This document shows, in pieces, positions 1-9,094 of a stretch of DNA of 64,000 bases (positions are counted from its first letter, which is position 1; each line of letters begins with the position of its first letter). Both the position numbers and the translations under genes were made by a program. Below the pieces are notes generated by a model that worked only from the letters and a program-made list of their open reading frames with translations, was not told where the DNA came from and ran no database searches. Source of the DNA: an uncultured Spirochaetaceae bacterium (GTDB lineage: Bacteria > Spirochaetota > Spirochaetia > SZUA-6 > RPPD01); the NCBI GenBank assembly GCA_964638895.1, contig CAZWYY010000012.1, positions 950 to 64,949 on the forward strand, given 5' to 3'.

Positions 1-303
1 CCGCATAGCTGTCCACGGTGGTTTTCATATTCTTAAAATCGCCCTCTTTGGCCTTAAGCGCCTCCTCGAACGTGAGGATTCGTTTCAACACCTCTCTGCT
101 TTTCTTCAGGTTGAGGTCAAGGTCGACCGCGATATCATTAATTTCCAGGTTTTTTTCCTTGATAAACACGGATATCTCTTCTTTCAATTTGTCGGAAAAG
201 CGCTTAACCTTTTCCAAACTTCGATTGCGTTTATCTAAGGTTCTAAAGAGGATAACAATAATTATAACTACCAAAAAGGTTGGCAGGCTGAAAGTGTAGT
301 CCA
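1..303 (-). CDS. hypothetical membrane-anchored coiled-coil protein (N-terminal part; gene runs off the window start)
   Basis: The reverse complement from ATG at 303 reads MDYTFSLPTFLVVIIIVILFRTLDKRNRSLEKVKRFSDKLKEE... and stays open to position 1. It has an N-terminal TM helix followed by a charged helical region. The listed + ORF 18-299 looks like its antisense shadow. Confidence 0.5.
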
Positions 304-424
304 TTGCTCCCCTCCCATGGGATATTTGTGTAATATTTTATCCCACTGGGGGTGTATTGTCAATTATTTTTTAAGATTTTTCTATTATTATGTGCTTTAT
401 AGGCGCGCTTCTTTGCGTATGAGT

Positions 425-450
425 TTTTACGATCTTTTACAGTTTTTTAC
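425..450 (+). promoter_or_regulatory. three phased TTTTAC direct repeats upstream of the HK/RR operon (candidate response-regulator binding array)
   Basis: TTTTAC occurs at 425-430, 435-440 and 445-450, exactly 10 bp apart (gTTTTTACgaTCTTTTACagTTTTTTAC). This lies about 100 bp upstream of the kinase start at 546. Confidence 0.35.
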
Positions 451-545
451 ATTTGCATGACAATTCGCCACGTACTATACGGTAGTATATACGTATTCCG
501 GTAGTGGAAGAAAACCGGTAAGTATCTTATACTATACTCACGTCG

Positions 546-2474
546 ATGAAAAGCGGAAGCGGGAAGATACGGAGCATCCATCTCATCATAATTCTGGCAG
601 TGACCGTAATCCTGCCCGGTATTATTCTCAGCATACTCGCCCTGCGGGCCATCGAAAGAGAAGAGGCCTATATCGAAAAAAACCTCTATCGCACCCTTTC
701 ACTTGAGGTTGTCAATACAACCACACTGATTAATGCGCAGTTGAAGGCCGTTCAGGACGAGCTAGCAAATATCATCACGGTTCCCGAACCGTCCGACGCG
801 GCCGCGGAATTAAAGCGCATGCGCGGGCGCTCGCCCCTGATCGGGCTGCCCTTCCTAGTCTCTTCACAGCAGGTGATAATCTACCCGCCCAACTCCGAAC
901 CGTTGTCCGCGGAGGAAGCCCTGCTGGTGAACCAGAACAAGGAACTGTTTGAGAACAATGTTTCCATTCCCGTGTATAAAAATATAGTAAAGGAATACAA
1001 GGATGCCATCTTAAACGAAGAACAGGATACGAATGCCCCGGAGCCAAACGCCCCCGCAACCCCGCCCACAGCCGCACAAACTACGGATCAACAGCAGAAG
1101 GAATCCTCCAAAGCCCTGAAGGAGGAGATTGAAACACAGCAGGCCATAACCCGCTTTGACAAATCCGAACCCCTGCGCCAAAAAATCTACAAACAGGCCA
1201 GGGAGCAGGGGCGGCAGATAATGGTGCGCAATATAACCTTACCCGAAGACAACCGCGATTCCCTGAATGAGCAGTGGTCTTACTTTATTTTGGAATCGCA
1301 TACCTGGAGTCAGATTACAAACAAGGCCTCAAGCGGGATCATCCCCCGGTTTATTGACGACAAATTCTATTTACTTTACTGGGAGAAGGACGAAGATAAG
1401 GCGGTGGTGGGCTGTATTATTGATACCGATGCCTTGAAAAAACGCCTGCTTGAGGTAATGCCCACGGCTTTTACGGAAACCCGCGTCCTTGTGATTCTGG
1501 ATGAGCAGGCCAGGCCGCTGCTTGTTCCGGCGGGCGAGGAACAGCGGCAATGGCATATGCCCTTTGCCGCCAGGGAGATTTCCGAGCTGCTTCCGCGCTG
1601 GGAGATAGCGGCCTATCTTACCGATCCGGGAGTCATCAGAACCAGTGCCCGGTCCACGGCCCTTGTGTTATGGGTTCTGATCGGGTTTTTGCTTGTGTCA
1701 TTGTTTTTGGGCGGCCTGTTGATCGCGGTGCTGCTGATAAACCAAATGAGACTGGCCCAGCAGAAAACAAGTTTTGTGGCCAATGTCTCACACGAGTTAA
1801 AAACACCGCTTACCTCAATCCGCCTGTTCGCGGAGATGCTGCGGGACAACCGGCAGCCGGACAGGGCAAAACGCGGGATGTACCTGGATATTATGATTTC
1901 CGAAACCGAGCGCCTTACTCGTCTGATTAATAATGTGCTTGATTTTACCAGGATGTCAAAGGGGAAAAAGAAGTACAATCCACGGGAAACGGATCTGGTG
2001 GGACTGTGTAAAGACATACTGAAAATACAGGGCTCCCGCCTGGAGCACATGGGATTTTCGGTTACCCTGCAGGCCCCGGGCGAACCAATTCCGGCAAAGA
2101 TCGATGAAGAAGCCTTAAAGCAGGTAATCATCAACCTGCTGTCCAACGCTGAAAAATACTCCACGCGACGCAAAAGCATAGAGCTTAAGGTCAGCAAGAA
2201 CGCGGATACGGTAAAGATTGATATTTTGGACAGGGGCCCCGGTATCCCGCTTCACCTGAAGGAAAAAGTATTTAGAGAGTTCTACCGGGTGGATGATTCA
2301 CTTACCGGAGCGGCCACGGGAAGCGGACTGGGTCTTTCCATCTCCAGACGGATTCTGCGCGACCACGGCGGGGATATTCACTATTCGCCCCGGACCGGGG
2401 GCGGAAGCCGCTTCCGGATCACCATCCCCAGAGGAGAAGCATGCAATGCAAAAACAAAAAATCCTCATAATTGA
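546..2474 (+). CDS. sensor histidine kinase (two TM helices, large periplasmic domain, HisKA + HATPase_c)
   Basis: 642-aa ORF. TM helices are IHLIIILAVTVILPGIILSILAL and ALVLWVLIGFLLVSLFLGGLLIAVLL. It has the H-box VSHELKTPLTSI, the N-box INLLSNAEKYS, and G-boxes DRGPGI and GSGLGLSISRRI. Confidence 0.92.
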   Translation: MKSGSGKIRSIHLIIILAVTVILPGIILSILALRAIEREEAYIEKNLYRTLSLEVVNTTTLINAQLKAVQDELANIITVPEPSDAAAELKRMRGRSPLIGLPFLVSSQQVIIYPPNSEPLSAEEALLVNQNKELFENNVSIPVYKNIVKEYKDAILNEEQDTNAPEPNAPATPPTAAQTTDQQQKESSKALKEEIETQQAITRFDKSEPLRQKIYKQAREQGRQIMVRNITLPEDNRDSLNEQWSYFILESHTWSQITNKASSGIIPRFIDDKFYLLYWEKDEDKAVVGCIIDTDALKKRLLEVMPTAFTETRVLVILDEQARPLLVPAGEEQRQWHMPFAAREISELLPRWEIAAYLTDPGVIRTSARSTALVLWVLIGFLLVSLFLGGLLIAVLLINQMRLAQQKTSFVANVSHELKTPLTSIRLFAEMLRDNRQPDRAKRGMYLDIMISETERLTRLINNVLDFTRMSKGKKKYNPRETDLVGLCKDILKIQGSRLEHMGFSVTLQAPGEPIPAKIDEEALKQVIINLLSNAEKYSTRRKSIELKVSKNADTVKIDILDRGPGIPLHLKEKVFREFYRVDDSLTGAATGSGLGLSISRRILRDHGGDIHYSPRTGGGSRFRITIPRGEACNAKTKNPHN

Positions 2475-3144
2475 AGACGACCGCGCGATTCTAACCGGGC
2501 TTACCGACCTGCTGCAAAGTGAAAACTACCGGGTAACCGCGGCCATGGACGGGAAAACCGCCCTGGAACGCTATAAAAAGGACAAACCCGACCTGGTCCT
2601 GCTTGACATCATGATTCCTGAAAAAAGCGGGTATGAGGTATGTCAGGAAATTCGTAAAACAGACCATGGGACGCCCATTGTGATGCTCACCGCCAAATCG
2701 CAGGAGGTGGATAAGGTGGTGGGGCTTGAGTTGGGGGCGGACGATTATGTGGTCAAACCGTTCGGTGTCCAGGAGCTTTTGGCGCGCATCCGCACTTGCC
2801 TTCGTCGCAGCGCATTGCGCGAAAGCCCGCCGAAGCGCACCACGATCGAGTTTGCCGATGTACGGATTGATATAAAAACCCTTAAAGCGCAGAAGGGCGG
2901 CAAGGATTTTAAGGTGAGCCAGCGCGAGGCGGATCTTCTGGGGTATTTTCTGGCACACGAAGGGGAGGTCCTGGACAGGCTGACCATTCTGGACAAGATC
3001 TGGGGGGTGAATTACGGCGGTACCACACGTACACTGGATCAGCATATAGCCAAACTCAGGCGGAAAATCGAGAATGATCCGGCCCGCCCCCGCCATATCA
3101 TTACCGTACATACCGTGGGCTATAAGTTTTGCGCGGGTGATTGA
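2446..3144 (+). CDS. OmpR/PhoB-family response regulator
   Basis: Start is taken at ATG 2446 (MQKQKILIIEDDRAIL), because the track ORF begins at 2293, inside the kinase. Receiver motifs are DLVLLDIMIPEKSG and KPF. The winged-helix tail reads LDQHIAKLRRKIE...TVHTVGYKF. It overlaps the kinase gene by 29 nt. Confidence 0.92.
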   Translation: MQKQKILIIEDDRAILTGLTDLLQSENYRVTAAMDGKTALERYKKDKPDLVLLDIMIPEKSGYEVCQEIRKTDHGTPIVMLTAKSQEVDKVVGLELGADDYVVKPFGVQELLARIRTCLRRSALRESPPKRTTIEFADVRIDIKTLKAQKGGKDFKVSQREADLLGYFLAHEGEVLDRLTILDKIWGVNYGGTTRTLDQHIAKLRRKIENDPARPRHIITVHTVGYKFCAGD

Positions 3145-3170
3145 CCGCGTCCCCCGCATTTATTATAAAG

Positions 3171-3192
3171 AAAACAACGCCTGTTGTTTTTT
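3171..3192. terminator. AT-rich hairpin between convergent genes (candidate bidirectional terminator)
   Basis: aaaacaac-gcct-gttgtttt followed by tt forms an 8-bp stem flanked by A and T runs. It sits between the RR stop (3144) and the LacI-family stop (3191). Confidence 0.45.
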
Positions 3193-4225
3193 AAAGCATC
3201 CGGCAGGAATCCCTGACAATCAACTCGGCATCCAGCACGGTCTCCCGCGGGCAGTGTTCGGCCGAGACATGTGCCAATATTTTTTTTATCCCAAGCTCGG
3301 CCAGTTGCGAATAATCTTGTTTTACCGTAGTAATACCCGGGATGTAATGCTTGGAAATAAAAATGTCGTCGAATCCCGTAACACTTATATCACCCGGGAC
3401 GGTCAAACCGGATTTGAACACCTGCTTTATGGCGCCGATGGCCAGCGTATCGTTGGTGCACATAACCACGGTGGGCCTTTCCTTTAAGGCCAGGAGCTTC
3501 TCCATACTGGCGGCCCCGCTTTCCACAAGGTACTGCCCGGAAATAATCCAGTCATCCCTGATTTCCAGGTTCTGCACGCAAAGCTTTTCTTTGAACACAT
3601 CGATTTTTTCTTCGGTGATAAAAAAACCCCGTTCCCCCGTGATAAGTCCGATTCTTTTATGGTTGCGGGAGAGAACGTAATCGATTATTTTGGCGAACGC
3701 CATTCTTTCATCCGTGCGCACAATATAGCAGTTGTCATATTCAATCCTGCTGTTGATAAACACAAGCGGCAGCCTCTGGGAAACGGATTTTATTTCCTCT
3801 AGAAACGATCTTTTAGGTTTGATCTGGTTGGCCTTACCGCCCAGGAAAATAAACCCATCTACCTGTCTTTTTTCAATCAGATGTAAAAGCTTGGTTTCGT
3901 TTTCCTGCCAGCTGTTGATGATACCGAACAACAAGGTATAGCCAACGGAGGTACAAAACACCTCGGCCTCATTACAGATGGTTACAAAAAACGGGTTGGA
4001 AAGCTCCTCGACCAGCATGCCGATTGTGTTCGATACCCGGTTACAAAGCGCCCTGGCAATCAGATTCGGTTCGTAATTGCACTCCTCTATGACCTTCCTG
4101 ACCTTGTCCCTGGTTTCATCCTTGACGTTCAGTTTGCCGGTGAGCACGCGTGAGACCGTGGCAATAGACACTCCCGCTCTTCTGGCAATATCATATATGG
4201 TTATATGATCTTTTAGAAGACTCAT
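3191..4225 (-). CDS. LacI-family transcriptional regulator
   Basis: N-terminal HTH is ITIYDIARRAGVSIATVSRVLTG. The C-terminal part resembles a periplasmic-binding-protein sugar-binding domain (VTGFDD...). Confidence 0.9.
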   Translation of the reverse strand: MSLLKDHITIYDIARRAGVSIATVSRVLTGKLNVKDETRDKVRKVIEECNYEPNLIARALCNRVSNTIGMLVEELSNPFFVTICNEAEVFCTSVGYTLLFGIINSWQENETKLLHLIEKRQVDGFIFLGGKANQIKPKRSFLEEIKSVSQRLPLVFINSRIEYDNCYIVRTDERMAFAKIIDYVLSRNHKRIGLITGERGFFITEEKIDVFKEKLCVQNLEIRDDWIISGQYLVESGAASMEKLLALKERPTVVMCTNDTLAIGAIKQVFKSGLTVPGDISVTGFDDIFISKHYIPGITTVKQDYSQLAELGIKKILAHVSAEHCPRETVLDAELIVRDSCRML

Positions 4226-4280
4226 ACTATATTGTACAACTTGTTGTTCTGTTATATCAAGGAAATATTCCGATCTTGCC

Positions 4281-5828
4281 TTACCGTACCACTCCCAAAA
4301 TTATCTCGTTGCCTTCCCTGTACACGCGCAAAAGGATCTCCTTGCTTGAGGCGTCATTAAGGGCCTTGTAAAAATCCAGCACGGAGCTTATCTTGGTGTT
4401 GTTTATTTTCACCACCACGTCGCCCTGGCGCAGCCCGGCCAGTCCGGCCGGCGCCTTGGCAATGACATTGCCGATTACCACACCGTTCATGGCATCCGGC
4501 AGGTTAAGGCGCTTACGTATATCGTCGTTTATTTTTAAAGGAATCATTCCGGGCCAGATATTGGTATTGGACTGCACCTTGTCCTCTTCTGCCCGCGCCG
4601 TCAGGGTAACCCGGATAGTTTTTTCTTTCCCGTAGCGGATGATCACGAACTCCACGTGTTTACCCGGAGGGATGTTTCCTACAATCGATGTCAAATGATT
4701 GGCGTCCTTAATCGGTGTGCCGTCAACCTTGATTACCAGGTCCCCCGGTTCAATACCCCCCTTGAAGGCCGGGGAATCCCTAAAAAGGTTCAATACCAAA
4801 GCGCCTTCTTTGCCTTTAAGCCCCAGGTCTTCAACCACACCGGGGTAGAGGTCCGGATTCGGGTCCCCGATTTGAACGCCCAGCCACCCGTACTCGACCT
4901 TGCCCTTGGTGATAAAATCCTGTATTACCTTATTGGCATTGTTTATGGGAATGGCGAACCCCAGGCCGATACTCTGACCCGTACGTGAGGCTATCCAGGT
5001 GTTTATTCCTATAACCTCGCCCTTGATATTGAGCAGAGCGCCCCCGGAGTTACCCTGGTTAATGCTGGCATCCGTTTGAATATAATCCGTAAAATTCGCT
5101 ATGCCCGATCCGCTCATGCCGAAGGCATCATCGGCTCTTCTTCCCAGGGCGCTTACCACACCCACGGTCATGGAAGACTCAAATCCAAGCGGGTTTCCGA
5201 TTGCGATCGCCCAGTCACCCACCTGCAGCTTATCGGAATCCCCGATAAGCGCGACGGGTATTTCGCCTCCACCCTCAAACTCTATCAGGGCCAGATCAGT
5301 CCGCGCGTCCTTGCCTACGATTCTGGCGTCAAACTCGCGGCCGTCATGGAGTTTCACGCTTATCTCATCGGCATTGCCCACCACGTGGTTGTTGGTTATC
5401 ACATAGACCTTGTTGCCCTCTTTTTTTACAATAACCCCCGAGCCGAGGCCGGGACGCTTGTATTCGAATTCCTTGCCTTTGTTATCCGGGTTTGGTTTTC
5501 CGTTTTCATTAAAATCAAAAAAATATTCCCACGGCGAATCGGAATCCGGCGCCCGTTGTTTGACCACCTCCACCACATTGATTTCCACAACCACCGGCAG
5601 GGCGATACTCGCGACATTTCTGAAAGAATACTGGATGTCCTCAAGTACGGCCATGCCCTGCTCCACATTATCATAGTCATTGGCAAACGCGCGGTGACCA
5701 TTCGCCCCGCCCTTTGCGCAGGAATAGATTATGGCCGTGGAAATTACAAAACCTATTATCATGGACAAAAGCGCCACGTTAAAAATTAAAAATTTTTTTG
5801 AGTAAAAAACACTGGGTTTGCGTTTCAT
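4281..5828 (-). CDS. htrA: HtrA/DegP-family serine protease with two PDZ domains
   Basis: N-terminal TM/signal anchor. Trypsin-like motifs are TNNHVV, DLALIE and the catalytic-Ser context INQGNSGGALLN. Two PDZ-like regions are present (GLKGKEGALV...GDLVIKVDG and AGLRQGDVVVKINN). Confidence 0.92.
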   Translation of the reverse strand: MKRKPSVFYSKKFLIFNVALLSMIIGFVISTAIIYSCAKGGANGHRAFANDYDNVEQGMAVLEDIQYSFRNVASIALPVVVEINVVEVVKQRAPDSDSPWEYFFDFNENGKPNPDNKGKEFEYKRPGLGSGVIVKKEGNKVYVITNNHVVGNADEISVKLHDGREFDARIVGKDARTDLALIEFEGGGEIPVALIGDSDKLQVGDWAIAIGNPLGFESSMTVGVVSALGRRADDAFGMSGSGIANFTDYIQTDASINQGNSGGALLNIKGEVIGINTWIASRTGQSIGLGFAIPINNANKVIQDFITKGKVEYGWLGVQIGDPNPDLYPGVVEDLGLKGKEGALVLNLFRDSPAFKGGIEPGDLVIKVDGTPIKDANHLTSIVGNIPPGKHVEFVIIRYGKEKTIRVTLTARAEEDKVQSNTNIWPGMIPLKINDDIRKRLNLPDAMNGVVIGNVIAKAPAGLAGLRQGDVVVKINNTKISSVLDFYKALNDASSKEILLRVYREGNEIILGVVR

Positions 5829-6023
5829 ATCAAAAAATCTCCCTTCTCTTCATTAAAACAAACTCATATTATCCTTTTAAACAATACTATAAACAAAAGG
5901 TAACATAATACGCGGATAAACACGGTTGCGTCCGATGATATTATACACACCCCCGCGTTCCTACGTACTTTAAACATAACAACATTACCAATCAAAAATC
6001 AATACACATTTATTAATGAAAAA

Positions 6024-6049
6024 GCCGCCGCCAAAGCTGGTGGCTTTTT
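6024..6049. terminator. hairpin plus T-run adjoining the kinase stop codon (weak candidate terminator)
   Basis: gccgccgccaaagctggtggc is flanked by aaaaa (6019-6023) and ttttt (6045-6049). On a + transcript the stem pairs with G-U wobbles. On the - transcript, the one that matters for the kinase operon, it has two A-C mismatches. Confidence 0.3.
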
Positions 6050-7625
6050 ATTGATTATATACCGGAAGCGTGATTTCAAAGCAGGCCCCGCCTTCGGGTT
6101 TGTTGTTCACCGAAATTTGTCCCTCGTAGCGTTCCACGATAACCTTGACGATGGACAGACCCAGGCCCGTATGATGATTCTCCGCCTGGTTTTTTTGCCT
6201 GAAAGAAAAAAAGCGTTCAAAAATCTTCCGGCGATGTTCGACGGGCACACCGGGCCCTTGGTCTCCGATCAGAATGAGCGCGTTCCCATTGCATTGTTCA
6301 AGGGTAAGCTCCACGGTGCCTCCCTTGGGCGAAAAACTTATGGCATTATCCAGGATGTTTTCAAAAACCTGGACCAGTCGTTCGGGTGAGGCGGGAACCG
6401 TAACCGGAGCCTCGGGGATATGCATGCTGAACACGATATCGTTATGGCGCAGTCTGAAGGCCTCGACAACATGCCGGCACAGGGTGTTAAGCTCGACCGG
6501 CTTATTGGATTCCTGTGCCAGGCTGGCGTCGATTTTTGTAATCTCCCTGGCGCCGGTCAGCAGGCGTTCCATCCTGGCCACATCCTTCTGGATCATGCGC
6601 AGAAATTTTATACGCTCCTCTCTGTTATCCGCCTCCAGGGCAATATCCGTGGCCGAGCGGATGGAGGCCAGGGGATTTTTAAACTCGTGTGAGATATCGG
6701 CGGCAAACGATTCTATGAAGGTGATATGCTGTTCCAGCCTTTGGGTAAGGGTGGTCAGGGAGCGCGAGAGATCGCCGATCTCATCCCTGCGCCTGGTCTG
6801 CCGAAAATGCCTGGTAAGCCTGCCCCTCCGGTCAAGCACGGCCTCGGCCTCCAGTTTGAGTTTATAGAGCGGACGGCCGATGGTCCTGGACAAAATAATG
6901 CTTAACAATACGGCGGCCAGAATCGAATATAAAAAAACCCTGATTATGCCCAGGCGCACCTCGTACAGGTCCAACAAGATGCGGTACGTGGATTGGGAAA
7001 CCAGCACCACACCCACAACCTTCCGGAAACTGCGGATGGGAATGGCGCTGTAAAGGATGATGGACTGCTGCCCGCCGATCGCATAACGGGTGGTGGCCCC
7101 GTATCTTCCTTCAAGGGCGGCCTGTATTTCCGGGCCCAGCAGGGGTTTGCTGTAGGTATAGTAATCCGCGGATTCCAGCTCCGGTTTGGGGGGGCCGTAA
7201 AGCTCACGGAAAAGCCTGATGGGAATCAGAAAAAGATCGTATACCCAGCTGGACTCCTCCTGTGTATTCTCTTCTTTGTCGGCATAATCCTCGTCCGCCG
7301 GGGTGGTGGTCTCTTTTTTAAGAAACAGCGCGCTCGAATCCGCCAGCAGGTTTCCCTTCCTGTCTACGATGCGCAGCCTGGATTTCATTCTTCCCTGGAG
7401 TTTTTTCAGGAGGTTCCGGGCCGTATCCTCATTCAGGAAGCCCTGGTCAGCCAGGGACGCCGCCAGAATTCTTCCCTGCTGCACCATATCATCCTCTTGG
7501 GCTTTTAAAAGCTGCTTTTCATATACGTCCAGATAAAAAACCGCGCTTACCGGCACAATCACCAAAAGCAGGTTAAAGGCCAGCAGTCTCCAGACAATGC
7601 GGGAAAAAAACCTGACAAGCTTCAT
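6048..7625 (-). CDS. sensor histidine kinase (TM - periplasmic domain - TM - HAMP - HisKA - HATPase_c)
   Basis: 525 aa. It has the H-box ISHEFKNPLASI, the N-box ENILDNAISFS, and G-boxes DQGPGV and HTGLGLSIVK. Two TM helices flank a periplasmic region of about 190 aa. Confidence 0.92.
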   Translation of the reverse strand: MKLVRFFSRIVWRLLAFNLLLVIVPVSAVFYLDVYEKQLLKAQEDDMVQQGRILAASLADQGFLNEDTARNLLKKLQGRMKSRLRIVDRKGNLLADSSALFLKKETTTPADEDYADKEENTQEESSWVYDLFLIPIRLFRELYGPPKPELESADYYTYSKPLLGPEIQAALEGRYGATTRYAIGGQQSIILYSAIPIRSFRKVVGVVLVSQSTYRILLDLYEVRLGIIRVFLYSILAAVLLSIILSRTIGRPLYKLKLEAEAVLDRRGRLTRHFRQTRRRDEIGDLSRSLTTLTQRLEQHITFIESFAADISHEFKNPLASIRSATDIALEADNREERIKFLRMIQKDVARMERLLTGAREITKIDASLAQESNKPVELNTLCRHVVEAFRLRHNDIVFSMHIPEAPVTVPASPERLVQVFENILDNAISFSPKGGTVELTLEQCNGNALILIGDQGPGVPVEHRRKIFERFFSFRQKNQAENHHTGLGLSIVKVIVERYEGQISVNNKPEGGACFEITLPVYNQ

Positions 7626-8323
7626 ACGGGGTTCTCTGTGCGGTAACGGTAGCCCAGACCATACACGGTCTCAATATAGGAAAAACAATCGTCAACCGCG
7701 GTGAACTTTTTGCGCAGGCGTTTGATATGGCTGTCAATGGTGCGATCGCTTACGAATATATTATCCGGGTACGCCTCTTCCATTAACTGATTTCTGGTTT
7801 TAACTATCCCAGGCTGCCTGATAAGCGATTGCAGCAGCATAAACTCGGTGACGGTCAGGGGCAGAGCTTGTTTCTTCCATTTCGCCGTATACCGCTGCAG
7901 ATCCAGCTCAAGGTTATCAACAACAATGCATTCCGTAACAGGCGCACCCGTCCCGGCCAGCGCCAGGCGGCGCAGCAGTACCTTGACGCGAGTTACCAGT
8001 TCCCTCATGGAGAAGGGCTTGCATAGGTAATCATCGGCCCCGATCTCAAGACCGAGCACGCGGTCGAACTCCTCGTCTTTTGAGGTAAGAAAAATAATTG
8101 GAAGACACTCGGACAGCGCGCGCAGTTTGCGGCACAACTGCAGACCGTCCATCATGGGCATAATAATGTCGAGTATCAATAAATCGGGCAGGGTGTGCTG
8201 AAATGCGTCCCACGCTTCCTGGCCATTGGCATATATATGTGTCTTATAGCCCTCTTTGCCCAGGGCGTAGGCCACGGTTTCACAAATATTTTTTTCATCA
8301 TCAACAATTGCGATAGTATACAT
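7622..8323 (-). CDS. OmpR/PhoB-family response regulator
   Basis: Start is chosen at ATG 8323 (MYTIAIVDDEKNI), preceded by GGAAGGGAAGG. Receiver motifs are DLLILDIIMP and KPF. The winged-helix tail reads IDSHIKRLRKKF...VYGLGYRY. A 4-nt ATGA overlap links it to the downstream kinase. Confidence 0.92.
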   Translation of the reverse strand: MYTIAIVDDEKNICETVAYALGKEGYKTHIYANGQEAWDAFQHTLPDLLILDIIMPMMDGLQLCRKLRALSECLPIIFLTSKDEEFDRVLGLEIGADDYLCKPFSMRELVTRVKVLLRRLALAGTGAPVTECIVVDNLELDLQRYTAKWKKQALPLTVTEFMLLQSLIRQPGIVKTRNQLMEEAYPDNIFVSDRTIDSHIKRLRKKFTAVDDCFSYIETVYGLGYRYRTENPV

Positions 8324-8449
8324 GCGCCTTCCCTTCCTTACCTGACCGGTTATGCAAAAGCCGCCCATCGGAAGCGTGAGCGGAGGCTTTGCAGGTGGTT
8401 TTTTACTATATCATAGAGAGTGTGTTTCTCCAAGTAAGGGGGAAAAAAT

Positions 8450-8500
8450 CCACAATGTTTCCATATTTTGCCACATTTTCTCCTTTTTTATCCATTATAA
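8450..8500 (+). promoter_or_regulatory. phased CCAyATTTT-like decamer array in the divergent intergenic region
   Basis: The units are CCACAATGTTT / CCATATTTTG / CCACATTTTC / TCCTTTTTTA / TCCATTATAA. CCA recurs at 8450, 8461, 8471 and 8492, a period of about 10.5 bp. The array lies between RR 7622-8323 (-) and the small ORF 8538 (+). Confidence 0.25.
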
Positions 8501-8537
8501 ATAGGGTAATCCAATACCGGATTTAAGAGGATAGATT

Positions 8538-8750
8538 ATGAAATTCCTGCGAATATTTTTCCTGATTTTCTTATTAACCTGCGTATCACTTCCCTTTTGC
8601 TTTTCCGCGGAGGGGACCGCCGACGCGGCCCATGCGGTGCCGGACGGCCCGCAGTATGAAAAAATAATTATCGCCATAGGCCTGTTTGTGGCCATCTCCG
8701 CCGCTTTTCTTAACTGGGAAAGCAGGTCAAAGAAAAAGAAAAATAAATGA
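8538..8750 (+). CDS. small secreted/single-pass membrane protein, hypothetical
   Basis: 70 aa, preceded by the RBS AAGAGGA. It has a signal peptide (MKFLRIFFLIFLLTCVSLPFCFSA), a second hydrophobic helix (IIIAIGLFVAISAAFL) and a polybasic tail (SRSKKKKNK). I prefer it to the overlapping - ORF 8495-8797, which reads as junk. Confidence 0.5.
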   Translation: MKFLRIFFLIFLLTCVSLPFCFSAEGTADAAHAVPDGPQYEKIIIAIGLFVAISAAFLNWESRSKKKKNK

Positions 8751-8810
8751 AGCGGTATCCCCCCCGCCCGTAAGGACACGCAGCCGAGGCGCGGCACAAC
8801 TGAAGGGATG

Positions 8811-9062
8811 TTATCTCAGATGAGAGTACGGACAGCGCGGGGCATGGTGTTTTCCGCTTTGGTACCTGCCGTCAAGCGCGTCGTTCTTATGCTGAACGGT
8901 GTATCCCATGTTTTTTAATTTCAGCAGCAGGGTTTTCCTGCGGGACCTGATATTCCAGCAGGCCGGGCACACCCCAATGGTGGCCGATTCTCCGGTGTCC
9001 GGGGAACGCACGAATACCATGGCCCTGCCCTGGTTTACCGCCTCTTTCCTTCCCATATACAT
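8811..9062 (-). CDS. small Cys-rich hypothetical protein (possible Zn-binding)
   Basis: Start is chosen at ATG 9062 (MYMGRKEAV...), behind the strong RBS GAGGAGGGAGGG. It is 83 aa and contains CPAC and a C-terminal HH..RCP..H. The longer track ORF (to 9257) would overlap the VanZ gene. Confidence 0.5.
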   Translation of the reverse strand: MYMGRKEAVNQGRAMVFVRSPDTGESATIGVCPACWNIRSRRKTLLLKLKNMGYTVQHKNDALDGRYQSGKHHAPRCPYSHLR

Positions 9063-9094
9063 GGTCCCTCCCTCCTCGACCGGACCCCGGTCGC

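Noticed and set aside
18-299. 93-aa + strand ORF at the window start
   Set aside because: It is Ser/Arg/Leu-rich junk. The opposite strand gives a clean ATG-initiated protein with a TM helix and stays open to the window edge.
2293-2445. N-terminal extensions given by the ORF track (also 8324-8368, 12267-12344, 28948-29034, 36164-36220, 51322-51354, 58974-59000)
   Set aside because: The extensions overlap the upstream gene or read as non-conserved sequence. Internal ATGs coincide with canonical family N-termini and better RBS spacing.
5076-5789. Long antisense ORFs inside well-supported genes (also 16575-17447, 24339-24935, 25723-26208, 31167-31781, 33088-33678, 34147-34971, 35433-36110, 58548-59351, 62840-63553)
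   Set aside because: Each lies opposite a gene with clear family motifs. They lack RBS or start context and have Arg/Ser/Leu/Gly-skewed compositions typical of antisense frames in roughly 50% GC DNA.
8538-8750. PEP-CTERM/sortase-type sorting signal in the 70-aa protein (VPDGP...TM...KKKK)
   Set aside because: The motif is not PEP or LPXTG, the spacing to the helix is atypical, and no exosortase or sortase gene is nearby. It is kept only as a generic single-pass mini-protein.
8495-8797. 100-aa - strand ORF overlapping the small + strand gene
   Set aside because: It has no RBS, contains a poly-Phe run derived from the A-rich tail of the + gene, and has an implausible composition. The + ORF has an RBS and signal-peptide architecture.
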